From Cenococcum geophilum (Eukaryota): a stretch of DNA of 64,000 bases. The position numbers and the translations under genes were made by a program. Each line of letters begins with the position of its first letter. The first letter of the stretch is position 1. Below are positions 26,931-40,700 of this stretch, piece after piece. Location: the NCBI GenBank assembly GCA_050273025.1, contig CP158636.1, positions 1,860,001 through 1,924,000 on the forward strand, written 5' to 3'. The notes beneath the pieces were generated by a model, which did not search any database, was not told the DNA's origin, and was given only the letters and a program-made list of their open reading frames with translations.

Positions 26931-29900
26931 TTATTAGGAAAATGGAAGAGTAGTAGGAGCTAGCTAGGGGCTAGCCTAGGGCTAGCCTAGGGTTATTTTA
27001 GCTAGATCCGCTAATCTACTTATATATACTTCTTTACGCTAGCCCTAGGCCCCATTAGTAATATTAGCAATATTAATAATATTAGCAATATTAATAATAT
27101 TAGCAATATTAGCAATATTAATAACATTAGCAATATTAGCAATATTAGTAAGATTAATAATATTAATTTTAAAAATTATAATATATCTTTTTACTATAAT
27201 ATTTTCTATAACTGTAATATTTATATAGGAATAATAATAGGTTTTAAATTTTAAATTTTGGTTATTAAGCAATTAATTAAAATAAGTAGGAAGCCTCTTA
27301 TAGAGGCTCTAAATTGTTAATTAGTAATATTCCTAATAATCCACTAGCTATATACTGATTTCCTAACTAGGCCTAGCACCCGCCTACCTATCTGCCTGCC
27401 TACTTACCTACTTGCCTACCTACCTATTTACCTACCTACCTACTTACCTACCTACCTGCCTGCCTACCTACCTGCCTACCTACCTACCTATTTACCTACC
27501 TGCCTACCTATACCTATCTATATCTACCTATATATGCCTACCTATCTATACCTACTGTTTATATCTATCTATAGTATCTAATTTAATTTAATTTAGTAGT
27601 GGGCTAATATTAAAGCTCTAGTTTGATTTGATTAATTAATTAAGTTGTTTATAGTATTGCTAACTAATTATTTAAACAATTGTTGTCTAGTTCTGGCGAC
27701 GGTTGTTTAGTCCTAATAACAGTTATTTAGTCCTAATAACGATTATCTAGTTTTAATAATAGTTGTCTAGTTCTAATAACGGTTGTCTAGTTTTAATAAC
27801 GGTTATCTAGTTCTAGTAACGGTCGTCTAGTTCTAGTAATGATTATTTAGTTCTAGTAACGGTCGTCTAGTTCTAGCAACGGTCGTCTAATTCTAGCGAC
27901 GATTATCTAGTTCTAGCGACGGTTATCTAGTCCTAATAACGGTCGTTTTAATAATGGTCGTCTAGTTTTAGCGACAGTTATCTAGTTTTAGCGACGGTTG
28001 TCTAGTCCTAATAATAGTTGTTTAGTCCTAATAACGGTTATCTAGTCCTAACAACGGTCGTCTAGTCCTAATAACAGTTGTCCTAATAATAGTTATCTAG
28101 TTCTAGCGACAGTCGTCTAGTTCTAGCCACAGTTATCTACTAGCTGCCGTTGTAGTACCTCCCTAGGTAGAGAGGATAGAAGGAAGGGTAAAAAATAAGT
28201 AGTATTTAGGTATATAAGGGGTATATAAAGACACGTAGAGGCTATTAAGAATATAGTGGGGACCTAATAGCACTATAGGCCGCTATTAGGACGATTAAGA
28301 TAACTAGGAAAATTAAAGTCCTACTAGGAGCCTACTAGGAAGCCTACTAGGAGCCCGCTAGGAAGCCTTTAGGATTTTAATACCCTAATAGTAATAAACG
28401 CAATAATAGTAATAATGTTTATTTTATAGCTATAAGTTAGTATAATACTAGTGTATAGGTCTAGGGCCTAGTTAATATAGCAGAAAGCTAGCGTAAAGCG
28501 CTAGGGGGTTAGCTAATATGGCGGAAAGCTAGCGTAGAGCTTTAGGGGGTTAGCTAATATAGTAGAGAGCTAGCCCTAGGCCCCAAAAACACTTTTAGCA
28601 AAACTAAATTTCGTACACTACCCCCCATTTTTCTAACGTTAGATCTTTTAATATACCTAAAAAGTATAGTATATAAGGTAGACTAAAAGATATAAAGATA
28701 TACTAGCTAAAAGGAAATACTTAGGTTTTCTCCCTTATAGGGCTTTTCCTATATTAAAAGGTAGAAGCCTATATAGACCTAAAAATAAACTAAATTAGGT
28801 AATAAATAGAATTAATAATAATAATATACTATATACTACTTTTCTATAGCTACTACTTAGTAAGGTACTAGCTATTTATAAATATAGGTATAAATAATAT
28901 TACTTAGATACTCTCTATAAGTAGAGGCCTATAAGTAATAGTAAAATAGCTTATAGGCTAAAAAGTTCTTTAGTAGTTCTAAATAGTATATAAGATCTAA
29001 TAGGAGGATACTAAAGGATACGCCCTTTTTTAGCCCCTTAAAGACTAAATACCCCTACCTAGCTATAGGTAGTACGCTAGCGAATTACTAGATACTTTTA
29101 CTACCCCCCCCTTAGATCTTTTAATATACTTAGAAAGTATAGTATATAAGGTAGATATAAAGATATAAAAATATATTAGTTTAGTAAAGGTAAAACGTAT
29201 AGAACTAGCTAAAAGGAAATACTTAGGTTTTTCCCCTTATAGGGCCTTTTCCTATATAGATTTAAAAAGGAACTAAATTGGGCAATAAATAGAATTAATA
29301 TAATAATTATATACTTAAGCCTAAAGCTTAATATAAAGTTTTAAATCTCTTTATAAATATTTATATTAATTATATTAATTGCCTAATTTAGTCCCTATTT
29401 AGGTCTTTAAAGGCTTTTACCTTTCTATATAGAAAAAGGCCCTATAAGGGGAAAACCCTAAGTATTTCCTTTTAGCTAGTTCTATACGTTTTATCTTTAC
29501 TAAACTAATATATTTATATATCTTTAGGTCTACCTTATATACTATACTTTTTAGGTATATTAGAAGATCTAGGGGAGGTAGTAGAAGTATCTAGTAATTT
29601 ACTAGCGTACTACCTATAGCTAGGCGGTGGTATTTAGTCTCTAAGGAGCTAAAAGGGGGCATATCCTTTAGTGTTCTCCTATTAGATCTTATATACTATT
29701 TAAAATTACTAAAGAACTCCTTAACCTATAAGCTATTTTAATAATATTTATAGGCTCCTACTTATAGAGAGTATAGGTAATATTATTTATACCTATATTT
29801 ATAAATAGCTAGTACCTTACTAAGCAGTAGCTATAGAAAAGTAGTATATAGTATACTAACTAAATAGGCTATCTATAAGTATATTAAGGTATAGTATTTA

Positions 29901-30709
29901 AAATATAGATACTTATTAGCTATATATTTAGGCTTAAAATCTCTATCTATAGTAGGAAGGCGGCTGTAGATTTTACCTTTATTAGTCCTTTATATAGGGA
30001 GAGTATTAGTATTAACTATAGGGTATTCTATATAGCTATATCTTATATTTTTACTACCCCCTTCTATTATCGCTTCTATTTAAGGTTTACCTATCTTACG
30101 ATAAGTATAGTAGATCTCTATCTATACTAATAGCCTCTTATCCTCTATTACTATAGTAGTACTCTATTAGTACAGTACTAGGTCTCTACTTAGTAAGCTA
30201 GCAGTTTCTATATATTTTTTTCTCTCTATTACCTATAGGTAGAGGGCTTCCTACCTAGTATACTTAGGCGTATTGCCTTTTTAAGGGGCCCTCGCTCTTT
30301 ATATATATCTTATTCCTTATATACGTTTTAGTATTTAGTATATATTTTCTTTTACTAAGTGGCCTTATACTCTAACTATTCTCTATATAGTAGTTATATT
30401 AACATATAAGTCTACTAGTAAAACTACTACTTTATATTTTAGTATAGCGCGTAGTATTCTCCTATAGGCCCCTATAGTTCTATATAGGTACTAGTTTTAT
30501 AGTTTAGCTAGTAGCGCTAGGGAGCTTTTTATTAATACCTTACTACCTAGTCCTAGGCCCTAGATCTAGGAGCCGTATAGTATTATTAGCCTTACTATAA
30601 ATAAATAAATAAATAAATATCTATATAATTTCCTATATAATTATTTCTATAAATTCTATAATTAATTACTAGTATAAAAATATATATCTATACGCCTATA
30701 TATTTATAT

Positions 30710-31275
30710 AAAGCTTTATATAAAGCTCTATATAATGCTTTATATAAAGTTCTATATAAGGCTCTGTATAAAGCTCTGCTTAAAGCTCTATATAAGGCTT
30801 TACTTAAAGCTCTACATAAGGCTCTACTTAAAGCTCTGCATGAGGCTCTACTCGAAGCTCTATATAAGGCTCTACACGAAGCTCTATACGAGGCTCTGCT
30901 TAAAGCTCTATATAAAGCTCTACGCGAAGCTCTACTTAAGGCTCTGCTCGAAGCTTTACTTAAAGCTCTATATAAAGCTCTACGCAAAGCTCTGCTTAAG
31001 GCTCTGCTCGAAGCTCTGCTTAAAGCTCTGCTTAAAGCTCTATATAAGGCTCTGTATAAAGCTCTACACAAAGCTCTACTCAAAGCTCTATATAAAGCTC
31101 TGCGCGAAGCTCTGCTTAAGGCTCTGCTTAAAGCTCTACTTAAAGCTTTGCTCGAAGCTCTATATAAAGCTCTACGTGAAGCTCTGCTTAAGGCTCTATA
31201 TAAGGCTCTGCACGAGGCTCTGTACAAAGCTCTGCATAAAGCTCTATATAAAGCTCTACTAAAGCTCTACGTAAA
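30710..31275. repeat. 12-bp minisatellite, X side of copy 2
   Basis: Reverse complement of 7745-8312 with independent RIP changes. Confidence 0.95.
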
Positions 31276-32149
31276 GCTTACCCCCTTCTATAAGGCAAAT
31301 CTATACCTACTAGCAGTCTTTAAGTATTATTTAAAGCTGGCTTATTAATTTAGGTACTCTAGCTATAGTAAAAAAAGGGCGGCGGTAGTTATGGGATGGG
31401 TATAGTTGCTATAACTTTAGGGCGTTGGGCGTAATAATAAGACAACTAATTAGAATTAGGCAAATCGGGCAACGTAGTCTTCTTCGCTAGGTTTAATTTA
31501 GTAATTCTAGCCATTAGAAATAGCTTAGGGAGCTATAAAAGTTAAGATAATTTAGCTTAAAGTAGGTGTATATAGGCCTAAATACCCTACGCGGGATTAA
31601 TAAAAATCTAAACCGTATACCAGACCTTCTAATAAAGGTCTTACCAAAAGCGGTTAGCGTCTTAGTAAGGTAAGCCTTGGCAAGAAGGTCTGGGAACAAG
31701 ACAATACTAGACTTATCTCGTTCCCAAACCTTCTTGCCAAGGCTTACCTTGCTAAGCCGCTAGCCGCTTTTAGCAAGACCTTCGTTAGAAGGTCTAGTAC
31801 ACGGTTCAGATTTTTGTTAGTCCCGCGCGGGGTATTTAGGCCTATATACACCTACTTTAAGCCAAATTATCTCAACTTTTATAGCTCCCTAAGCTATTCC
31901 TAATGGCTAGAATTACCAAATTAAACCTGGCGAAGAAGACTACGTTGCCCGATTTGCCCGATTCCAATTCGTTATCTCGTCGTCGCGCCCGACGCGCCCG
32001 AGTCGTAGCAGCCGCACCTTTCCTACGACCACCGCCGCCCTCTTCCTACCGCAGCCAGAGTACCCAAACTGACGAGCTAGCTTTAAATAATAACTAAGGA
32101 CTACTAGTAGGTATAGATTTGCTTTATGGAAGGGGGTAAGCTTTAGGTA

Positions 32150-32730
32150 GAGCCTCGCGCAGAGCTTTAATAAAGCCTTATGTAGAGCTTTAGTAGAGGC
32201 TTATGCAGAGCCCCACGTAGAGCTCCGCGTAGAGCTTCGTGCAGAGCTTCTGCAGAGCTTCGTGCAGAGCTTCGTGCAGAGCTTTGTGCAGAGCTTCGTG
32301 CAGAGCTTCGTGCAGAGCTTTGTGCAGAGCTTCGTGCAGAGCTTCGTGCAGAGCTTTATGCAGAGCCTCCGTACGCAGAGCTTCGTGCAGAGCTTCGTGC
32401 AGAGCTTCGTGCAGAGCTTCGTGCAGAGCTTCGTGCAGAGCCTCGTGCAGAGCCTCTGCAGAGCTTCCTGCAGAGCTTCGAGTAGAACTTCGAGCAGAGC
32501 TTCGTGTAGAGCCCTGTGTAGAGCTTCGTGCAGAGCCTCGTGCAGAGCTTCGAGCAGAGCCTTGTGTAGAGCTTTGAGGAGCTTTAAGCAGAGCTTTGAG
32601 CAGAGCTTTGAGTAGAGCTTTAAGTAGAGCTTTGAGTGGAGCTTTGTGTAGAGCCTTGTATAAAGCTTTATGCAAAGCCTTATATATAACTTTATATAGA
32701 GCCTTATATAGAGCTTTATATAGAGCTTTA
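32150..32730. repeat. 12-bp minisatellite (AGAGCTTCGTGC), least-mutated X-side copy
   Basis: Long runs of perfect agagcttcgtgc. Confidence 0.95.
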
Positions 32731-35700
32731 TATAAATATATAGGCGTATAGATATATATTTTTATACTAGTAATTAATTATAGATATTTATTTATTTATT
32801 TATAGTAAGGCTAATAATACTATACGGCTCCTAGATCTAGGGCCTAGGACTAGGTAGTAAGGTATTAATAAAAAGCTCCTTAGCGCTATTAGCTAAGCTA
32901 TAAAACTAGTACCTATATAGAACTATAGGGGTTTATAAGAAAACACTACGCGCTATACTAGAACATAAAGTAGTAGTTCTACTAGTAGACTTATATATTA
33001 ATATAACTACTATATAAAGAATAGTTATAGTATAAGGCTACCTAGTAAAAGAAAATATACGCTAAATACTAAAACGTATATAAGGATTGAGGGCCCCTTA
33101 AAGAGGTAATACGCCTAAGTATACTAACTAGGAAGCCCTCTACCTATAAATAGTAAAGAAAGAAAAGAAAATATAGGAACTATTAGCTTACTAGGCAGAG
33201 ACCTAGCGCTATACTAGTAGAGTACTACTATAGTAATAGAGGATAAGAGGCTATTAGTATAAATAGAGATCTACTATACTTATTATAAAATAGGTTGACC
33301 TTAAATAGAAGCGATAATAGAAGGAGGCAGTAAAAATATAAGACGTAGCTATATAGAATACCCTATAGTTAATACTAATACTCCCCCTATATAAAGGACT
33401 AATAAAGGTAAAATCTACAGCCGCCTTCCTACTATAGATAGAGATTTTAAGCCTAAATATATAGCTAGTAAGTATTTATATTCTAAATACTATACCTTAA
33501 TGCACTTATAGATAGCCTATTTAGTTAGTATACTATATACTACTTTTCTATAGCTACTACTTAGTAAGGTACTAGCTATTTACTAATATAGGTATAAATA
33601 ATATTACTTATACTCTCTATAAGTAGGGGCTTATAAGTAGTATTAATATAGCTTATAGGCTAAGGAGTTTTTTAGTAGTTCTAAATAGTATATAAGATCT
33701 AATAGGAGGACACTAAAGGATATACCCCTTTTAGCCCCTTAGAGACTAAATACCGCTGCCTAGCTATAGATAGTACGCTAATAAATTACTAGATACTCCT
33801 ATTACCCCCCTTAAATCTTCTAATATACCTAAAAAATATAGTATATAAGGTAGACCTAAACATATAAAGATATTTTAGTTTAGTAAATATAGAATATATA
33901 AAACTAACTAAAAAGAAATACTTAGGATTTTCCCTTTATAGGGCCTTTTCCTATAAAGGGAAAACCTTAAGTATTTCCTTTTAGCTAGTTTTATATGTTC
34001 TACCTTTACTAAACTAATATATCTTTATATCTTTAGGTATATTAAAAGATTTAAAGGGGGGGTTAGTAGAAGTATCTAGTAATTCGCTAGCATACTACCT
34101 ACAGCTAGGTAGGGATATTTAGTCTTTAAGGGGCTAAAAAAGGGAGTACCCTTTAGTATCCTCCTATTAGATCTTATATACTATTTAGAACTATTAAAGA
34201 ACTTCTTAGCCTATAAGCTATCTTATTACTACCTATAGGCCTCTACTTATAAAGAGTATTTAGGTAATATTATTTATACCTATACTAGTAAATAGCTAAT
34301 CCCTTACTAAGCGGTAACCGTAGAATAGTAATATATAGCGTACTAACTAAATAGGCCACCCGTATATATATTAAGGTAAGGTATTTAAAATATAGATGCT
34401 TACTAGCTATATATTTAGGCCTAAAACCTTTATTTATAGTAGAAAGGCGACTATAGATTTTACCTTTATTAGTATTAACTATAGGGTGTTCTTTATAGCT
34501 GCGTCTTATATTTTCGCTACCTCCTTCTATTATTGCTTCTATTTAAGATCTACCTATCTTATAATTAGTGTAGTAAATTTCTATCTATATTAGTAACCTT
34601 TTATCCTCTATTACTATTATAGCACTCTAATAGTATAGCGTTAGGTCTTCGCCTAGTAAGCTAATAGTTTTTATATTTCCTTTTCTCTCTTTACTACTTA
34701 TAGGTAGTAGGCTTCCTAGCTAGTATATTTAGGCGTATTACCTCTTTAAGGGGCTATCGCTTCTTATATATATATCTTATTCCCTATATATATTTTAGTA
34801 TTTAGTATATATTTTCTTTTACTAGGTAGCCTTATACTATAACTACTTTCTATATAGTAGTTAAGTTACTATATAAGTCTAGTAGTAGAACTACTACTTC
34901 GCGTTTTAATATAGCGCGTAGTATTCTTCTATAGGCCCCTATAGTTCTATATAGGCACTAGTTTTATAGCTTAGCTAGTAGCGCTAGTAAGCTTTTTACT
35001 AGTACCTTACCGCCTAGTCCTAAGCCCTAGATTTAGGAGCCGTATAGTATTATTAGCCTTACTACTACTATATATAGTAGGCGTATATATTTAAAAGAGG
35101 GTCCTTATATTAAGGTAGTTATTTATAATACTGCTAAAAGTACTACTCCTCCCTTATAAGTAGTCTATATAATATACTTATTCTAGTTTAACCTAAAGTC
35201 TACCTAAACCCTTAGGACCTTAAGGGTAGCTTCTAGTTTTACTTTATAGCCTTAGATATTTACTATTAAGGCTAGGTTACTACTTACCCTTCTTTTCCTT
35301 ATAAAGTAGATAAGCTAGTAATTATCTTAGACTATATACCTGTACAGATAACGCTTAATGTCGCTATACTAGCGTAACAAACCTGCTAAAGATATGTTAC
35401 TAAGAAATTTAACTTAAAAAAGTATACCTAGGAAGTTACTAATAGGCTAGTAGCTATACCTTAGGTATTAGTAGAGAATATCTAAAGGATTATAAGTAAC
35501 TACTTAAAAGAATAACTACCTAAAGGCCTAGCCTAGAAAATACGCCTACCGTAAATAGTTACTAGAAATGGCCTAACTACTTATAGGCGTAAAAAGGGCA
35601 AGGTAATAGTATAGCGTAATAAATAAAGCCTACTATTAATAGAGCTATAAGGCCCTAAAGAATAGGCCTAAGAAGATAATATAAAAGGAGGGTAGAAATA

Positions 35701-36616
35701 GCTAGCATTAATTTCTAAAAGAAATTACCTTAGACCCTACTAAACTATATAATAAGGGACTCTAGTATATATTAAAGTAAAGTAGGCGAGCTGCTAAAGA
35801 GACGCTAGGGGACTTTTACCTATTTATACTTTACTAGATAGAATAGAACTAGTATATAAATAATAATAAGGAAAATATTAAAATATTAGTAGAGGTTTAC
35901 CTTAGGCGCGGGCTAAACAGACCTATAAAATATTAGTAGCTAATTCTACCCCTTACCTATTAATATAAGTTATATAATATTAGTAAAAGAAATAAAGGAC
36001 GCTATATAAAAGCTCCCTATTAGTAAAGCGTTAAGGCTAAATAAGGCAATTAAAGCTATAGTAAAATCGGTAGTAATACTATTCGCTAACGTCGTAACTA
36101 CCTACCTAAATACTTTAAAGTAATAACTATAGTCGTCTTATAAAAGGTATAAAAAAAGACTACTCTATTTTAGAAAGCTATTAACCCTAAAAAGGCTCTT
36201 AAAAAAGATAGTTATAAAACGTATATAAGAAGCGGCAGAAGTATAAACGCTACTACTGTAGATATAAATAGGCTTAAGAAAGAAAAGATTAACCCTTTTA
36301 GCCCTCTTTCTAATTACCTCTAGTATCTAAGCAGCATAGTAAGCTTACCTAGGATATATTATATCTATACTAAGCCTAGACCTAAGCGGAATATTTAATA
36401 ATATATTATATAAGAGACTTCTATAAATCCTAAGAAATAAAGGCCTATTAAACTAGATAATTAAGTTTATCTAAGCCTTTCTAATAGGGTGTACTATAAA
36501 AATTATAATTAAGGGCTATAAAAGCGAATTAATACTAATACCTATAGGTATTATATAGGGATTACCCCTATTTCTAATTCTAATTCTTTTCTTTATATCT
36601 AAACTACTAGAGATAT

Positions 36617-37708
36617 AGAATTATAAGGGCCTATAAAAGGACACTATATGCCGTAATAGAACGTAAAGTAGTAGTATTGCTACTAGACGTATATATAGAA
36701 GCAACTACTATATAGAGGATATCTATAGTATAAGGCCACCTAGTAGAGAAGGAGATATACTAAATAATAGAGCGTATATAAGAAGCAAGGGCCCTATAAA
36801 GAGGTATTACGCCTAAGCTTATAAGTTAAAAAGCCCTCTATTTATAAGTAGTAGAGAGAGAATAGGAAATATAAGAGCTACCATAACACTTACCGCCACG
36901 CTAGTAAAGCATTATAATAATAATAGAGGATATAGGGCCACTAGTATAAGTGGAGATCTACTATATACATCGCAAGATAGGTAGATATTAAGTAGAAACG
37001 ATGCTAAAAGAAGGCGGTAAAAGCATAGAGAGGAACTATATAGAGCACCCTATAAATAATATTAACTTTCTCTCTATATAAAGGATAGATAAAGGTAGAA
37101 TTTATAGCTGCCTTTTTATTATAGATAGAGGTCTTAGAACTAAACGTATATCTAATAAGCATCTATATCCTAAATACTATACTATACTATACTATACGTA
37201 TAAATAGCCTATATAGTTAGTACGCTATATAATACTCTTCTATAACTACTATATAGTAAAAGACTAGCTATTTACTAAGGCGGGCATAAATAATATTACC
37301 TAAATACTATTTATAAGTAGGGGCCTATATAAAACAGTATAATAGTTTATAAGTTAAGAAGTCCTTTAGTAGTTTTAGATAGCGTATAAGATCTAATAGG
37401 AGGACATAGGAGAATACGCCCCTTTTTAGCCCCTTAGGGACTAAACAACCCTACTAAGCTAAAGGCGGCTTATAGGCGACTTACTATACCCTTCCACTAC
37501 CCCCTAGACCTTCTAAAATACCTTAGAAGTATAGTATAAAAGGTAAATAGGCTAGGCATAGGCGAAGCGTATAAGACTAGCTAAAAGGATATATTTAGGT
37601 TTTTCCCTTATTAGGGATTTTTCCTATAAATAGAAGGTAGAAGCCTATATAGACTTAGTAAAGGGACTAAATCGGGCAATAAATAGAATAAATAAATAAT
37701 AATAATAA
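36617..37708 (+). mobile_element. 5'-truncated LINE of a divergent subfamily inserted into the RT of the cargo LINE
   Basis: Interrupts ctactagagatata|taatagctaggatat; homologous to but diverged from the cargo LINE 3' end; long aataaataaataataataataat tail. Confidence 0.65.
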
Positions 37709-37720
37709 TAGCTAGGATAT

Positions 37721-40700
37721 TGTTGGGAATATAGGCAAGTTGCCATTACGTACAGCAAGTTGCCGTTACGTGCGGCAAGTTGCCATCACGTGTCGCCGCG
37801 GCACTAGTGTGGCGAGGAGCCTTAAGCTCCTCGCCCCCCCCCCCCCTAATAAAGAATACAGAACAATTATTATACTATCTACAAACCGTAGCTACATAAT
37901 ATCACCTTATGTAACCAATACTAATTAGTGGTTAACTTTACTGTTATACCATAGAGCAGCTAGGTATTCCACTAAGAAGAGACAAGCCACTATACTAGTG
38001 CTACTCGTGCTAGAGAAAGCTATCTTTTAAGGTTAGAACTAGTCCTAAACCTTAAATAGAACTCTTTTATAAATCTAAGGATCTAAAGGCTAGAACTGGT
38101 CCTAAGCCTTCCTAAGATTATAGATTCTTACGTCTATTACGCAGAATAACACACTTTACAAGTCTTTGCGATTTAAGGCCAGAACTAGTCCTAAGCCCTA
38201 TAATCGTAAATATACATCCAAACGCGTACTAAACGACAAACGCGTACTAAACGATAAATATATATTACAAACGCGTACCAAACAATAATCCCTACACTAA
38301 TAACACTTCCCTCCCTCCAAAAATATGGCTACGCCTACTTTAAATAACTAGAAAGACTCCTTACCACTAGGGGTAGCTAAGCATATAAAACTTATTAATA
38401 AAGATTAGGACGAATTCGCCTTTAATATAATAACTTATACCACAAAATAAGTTAACAGCTTTCTCCTATACTATATTATATTCTACCAAAATAGATACTA
38501 CGCCGATTTATAACTATAGGAGTATTTTAGGGAGGATTTTATAGGATGGACTGCTGATACCTAGGCACTTAGCAACGTTAATATTATTTAGGATTTTTAA
38601 GACTTCCTCTATAGGAATAGGGTATATATTACTGAGAACGGTAACCTAATTACTAGCAATATTTAGGCCGTTATTACTAGTACAGAAGAACTAATATAGA
38701 CGGAAGCTAAGATTATATATTAACTATAGAAACCTAAAAATAACCTATATTCTTTAAAAGGCAACTTTAATTTATATTAAAACCCCTAAAACGCTAACCC
38801 CCTACCTAGAGCTACTCTCCCACCTAGAGGTACTCTCCCACTTAGAGTTGCTTCACCTTTACCTTCTCTACTTTAGCTAACCGGTAAGCCTTTACTATAA
38901 GAAGTCACAAATCTATTTAGACGAAGAGAAGAAGTTTAGAGGAGAACTGTACAATATACTTAGAGCAAAACTATAGGTCTTTTATAACTGTTGTAATAAG
39001 GTTGGAATTTAACGCCACTAGTACTATTACGCTTTCTCTATTATATTAAAGGGACGGGCGGCAATATTCTATTACAACTATATTGCGGGTAAAAACTATA
39101 ACTTTAATATAATGCTTTAGCTTACCAGAGCCCACTTTAAGACTAATAAGAATTACCAACTTTATATATTTAAATGGCGGGAGACTATATTCCAGAGAGT
39201 TATTGCTTTTAACCCAACAAAGACTTATTTAGAGTGCCTTTAACTACTTTTTAATAAACTCTAGAAAATCTAATATGGCCTTACTAAAACTTACTAAAAT
39301 AAGAACAGTCTAAGGGACTAGGTTATCTTAGCATGCTATAGCGTTCCTAAGTATAACTTAGCGCTATATAAACCTATAGATACGTTTAAAGGAGTATATA
39401 CTAAGCTACGCTCCGCTATAGGTACTATAATATAAATATAAGAATCTTAACAGTTCTATACCAAAAACCCTACTTAACTAAGTATTCCTAACTAACACGA
39501 TTATAACTAGACTAATTAAATATATAGTAGCCGTGGTAAGGAATACGGAAGAGGGTACAATTAATGTTAACTATAAGGTGGTTATAGAGGTCCTTATAGA
39601 GGTTCATTTCGAAATAATTGCTAAAAGAAGTGCTATATTTATAAGAAGCTAAATTACTAGTTAACTAGACACTCCCTTAATAAGCGAAAAGAGGTATATA
39701 ATAAGTTCCGTTAAAGTATAAGAAATATTAAAAATTACAAGGTTACTACAGCCTACTTTTAAAGCTTCCTAGTTTAATATAAAGGCGTAGAAGATCTTAA
39801 GGGTAAGGTTAATAAAACCAAACAGCTCCTTATAGATATAAAAATTAAGGACTACTTACCTAACTAATACTTTACTAAGTATAGTAAGGTAGATAGCACA
39901 TAAACCGTTACTATTTTTAATAACTAATCTACGCTCTATTTTATTATAAAGTTAAATATCTTTAACGAGCTAAAGGAGAGCTCCGCGTTCTCCTTTAATA
40001 ATAGATACTTAGCGAATGTCTTCTATAGTATTATGCCAAATACTAGAGCCGTAGGAGTATCTATAGTAGGAGAACCTTAAGTTTAAGCTCTTTAATAACT
40101 TAATACTTCTATCTAGATTAGCCAATTAACGGTAGGCTAATATATAATACATTTTAGCAAGGATACCGCGATCTCTCTTAGCATAATTAGGGTCTAAACC
40201 CCCTTAGGATATATTATATTCCACGTTATTCCTATAAACACTCTATTTCTATTCTATATTAGGGATATAGATAAATTAGGCGTTAAGCTTAACAACCTTA
40301 AGAATATACTTATATAGGGAGATAATTGGGTGCCTATTATATATAAGTAGGGTTACCCTTAGCTGCTCCTTTAATAACTAGAAAAGAGTATTGCTTAAAG
40401 CCATTTAACTAAGTTAGAGTTACGTTAACTATACCATCATTTTAGCCACCTATCTGTTTATTAATTACTTAGGGTTCTTTAGCAAGTAGGCTATAAAGTT
40501 AAGGTTAAGGCAATTAAGCATCTTATAAAGTACTGCTATTACTACTAAATAAACCAGAAGTTCCCTAGCTAATTTAAGTTTACCCTTAAGGATGACTACA
40601 ACTTCAACTTCTGTATTATTATTAACGTTATATATCTTAGCGGCAAGCCAATACTCTAAGTTATTAACTTTTTAACCTCCTTCTAAGCCGCGCGTTTCTT

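Larger units (their letters stand above)
19738..31704 (-). mobile_element. Array copy 2, inverted relative to copy 1 (right arm of a ~24 kb palindrome)
   Basis: Reverse complement of 7313-19729 minus the TRIM; coordinate sum 39558 holds at 9261/30297, 12286/27272 and 18420/21138. Confidence 0.95.

Noticed and set aside
7313..31704. Whole palindrome as a simple fold-back read chimera
   Set aside because: The arms differ by the TRIM, by minisatellite length and by many RIP changes near the centre, and the same junction type recurs at 31705 and 53693. Partial consensus collapse of the middle block remains possible.
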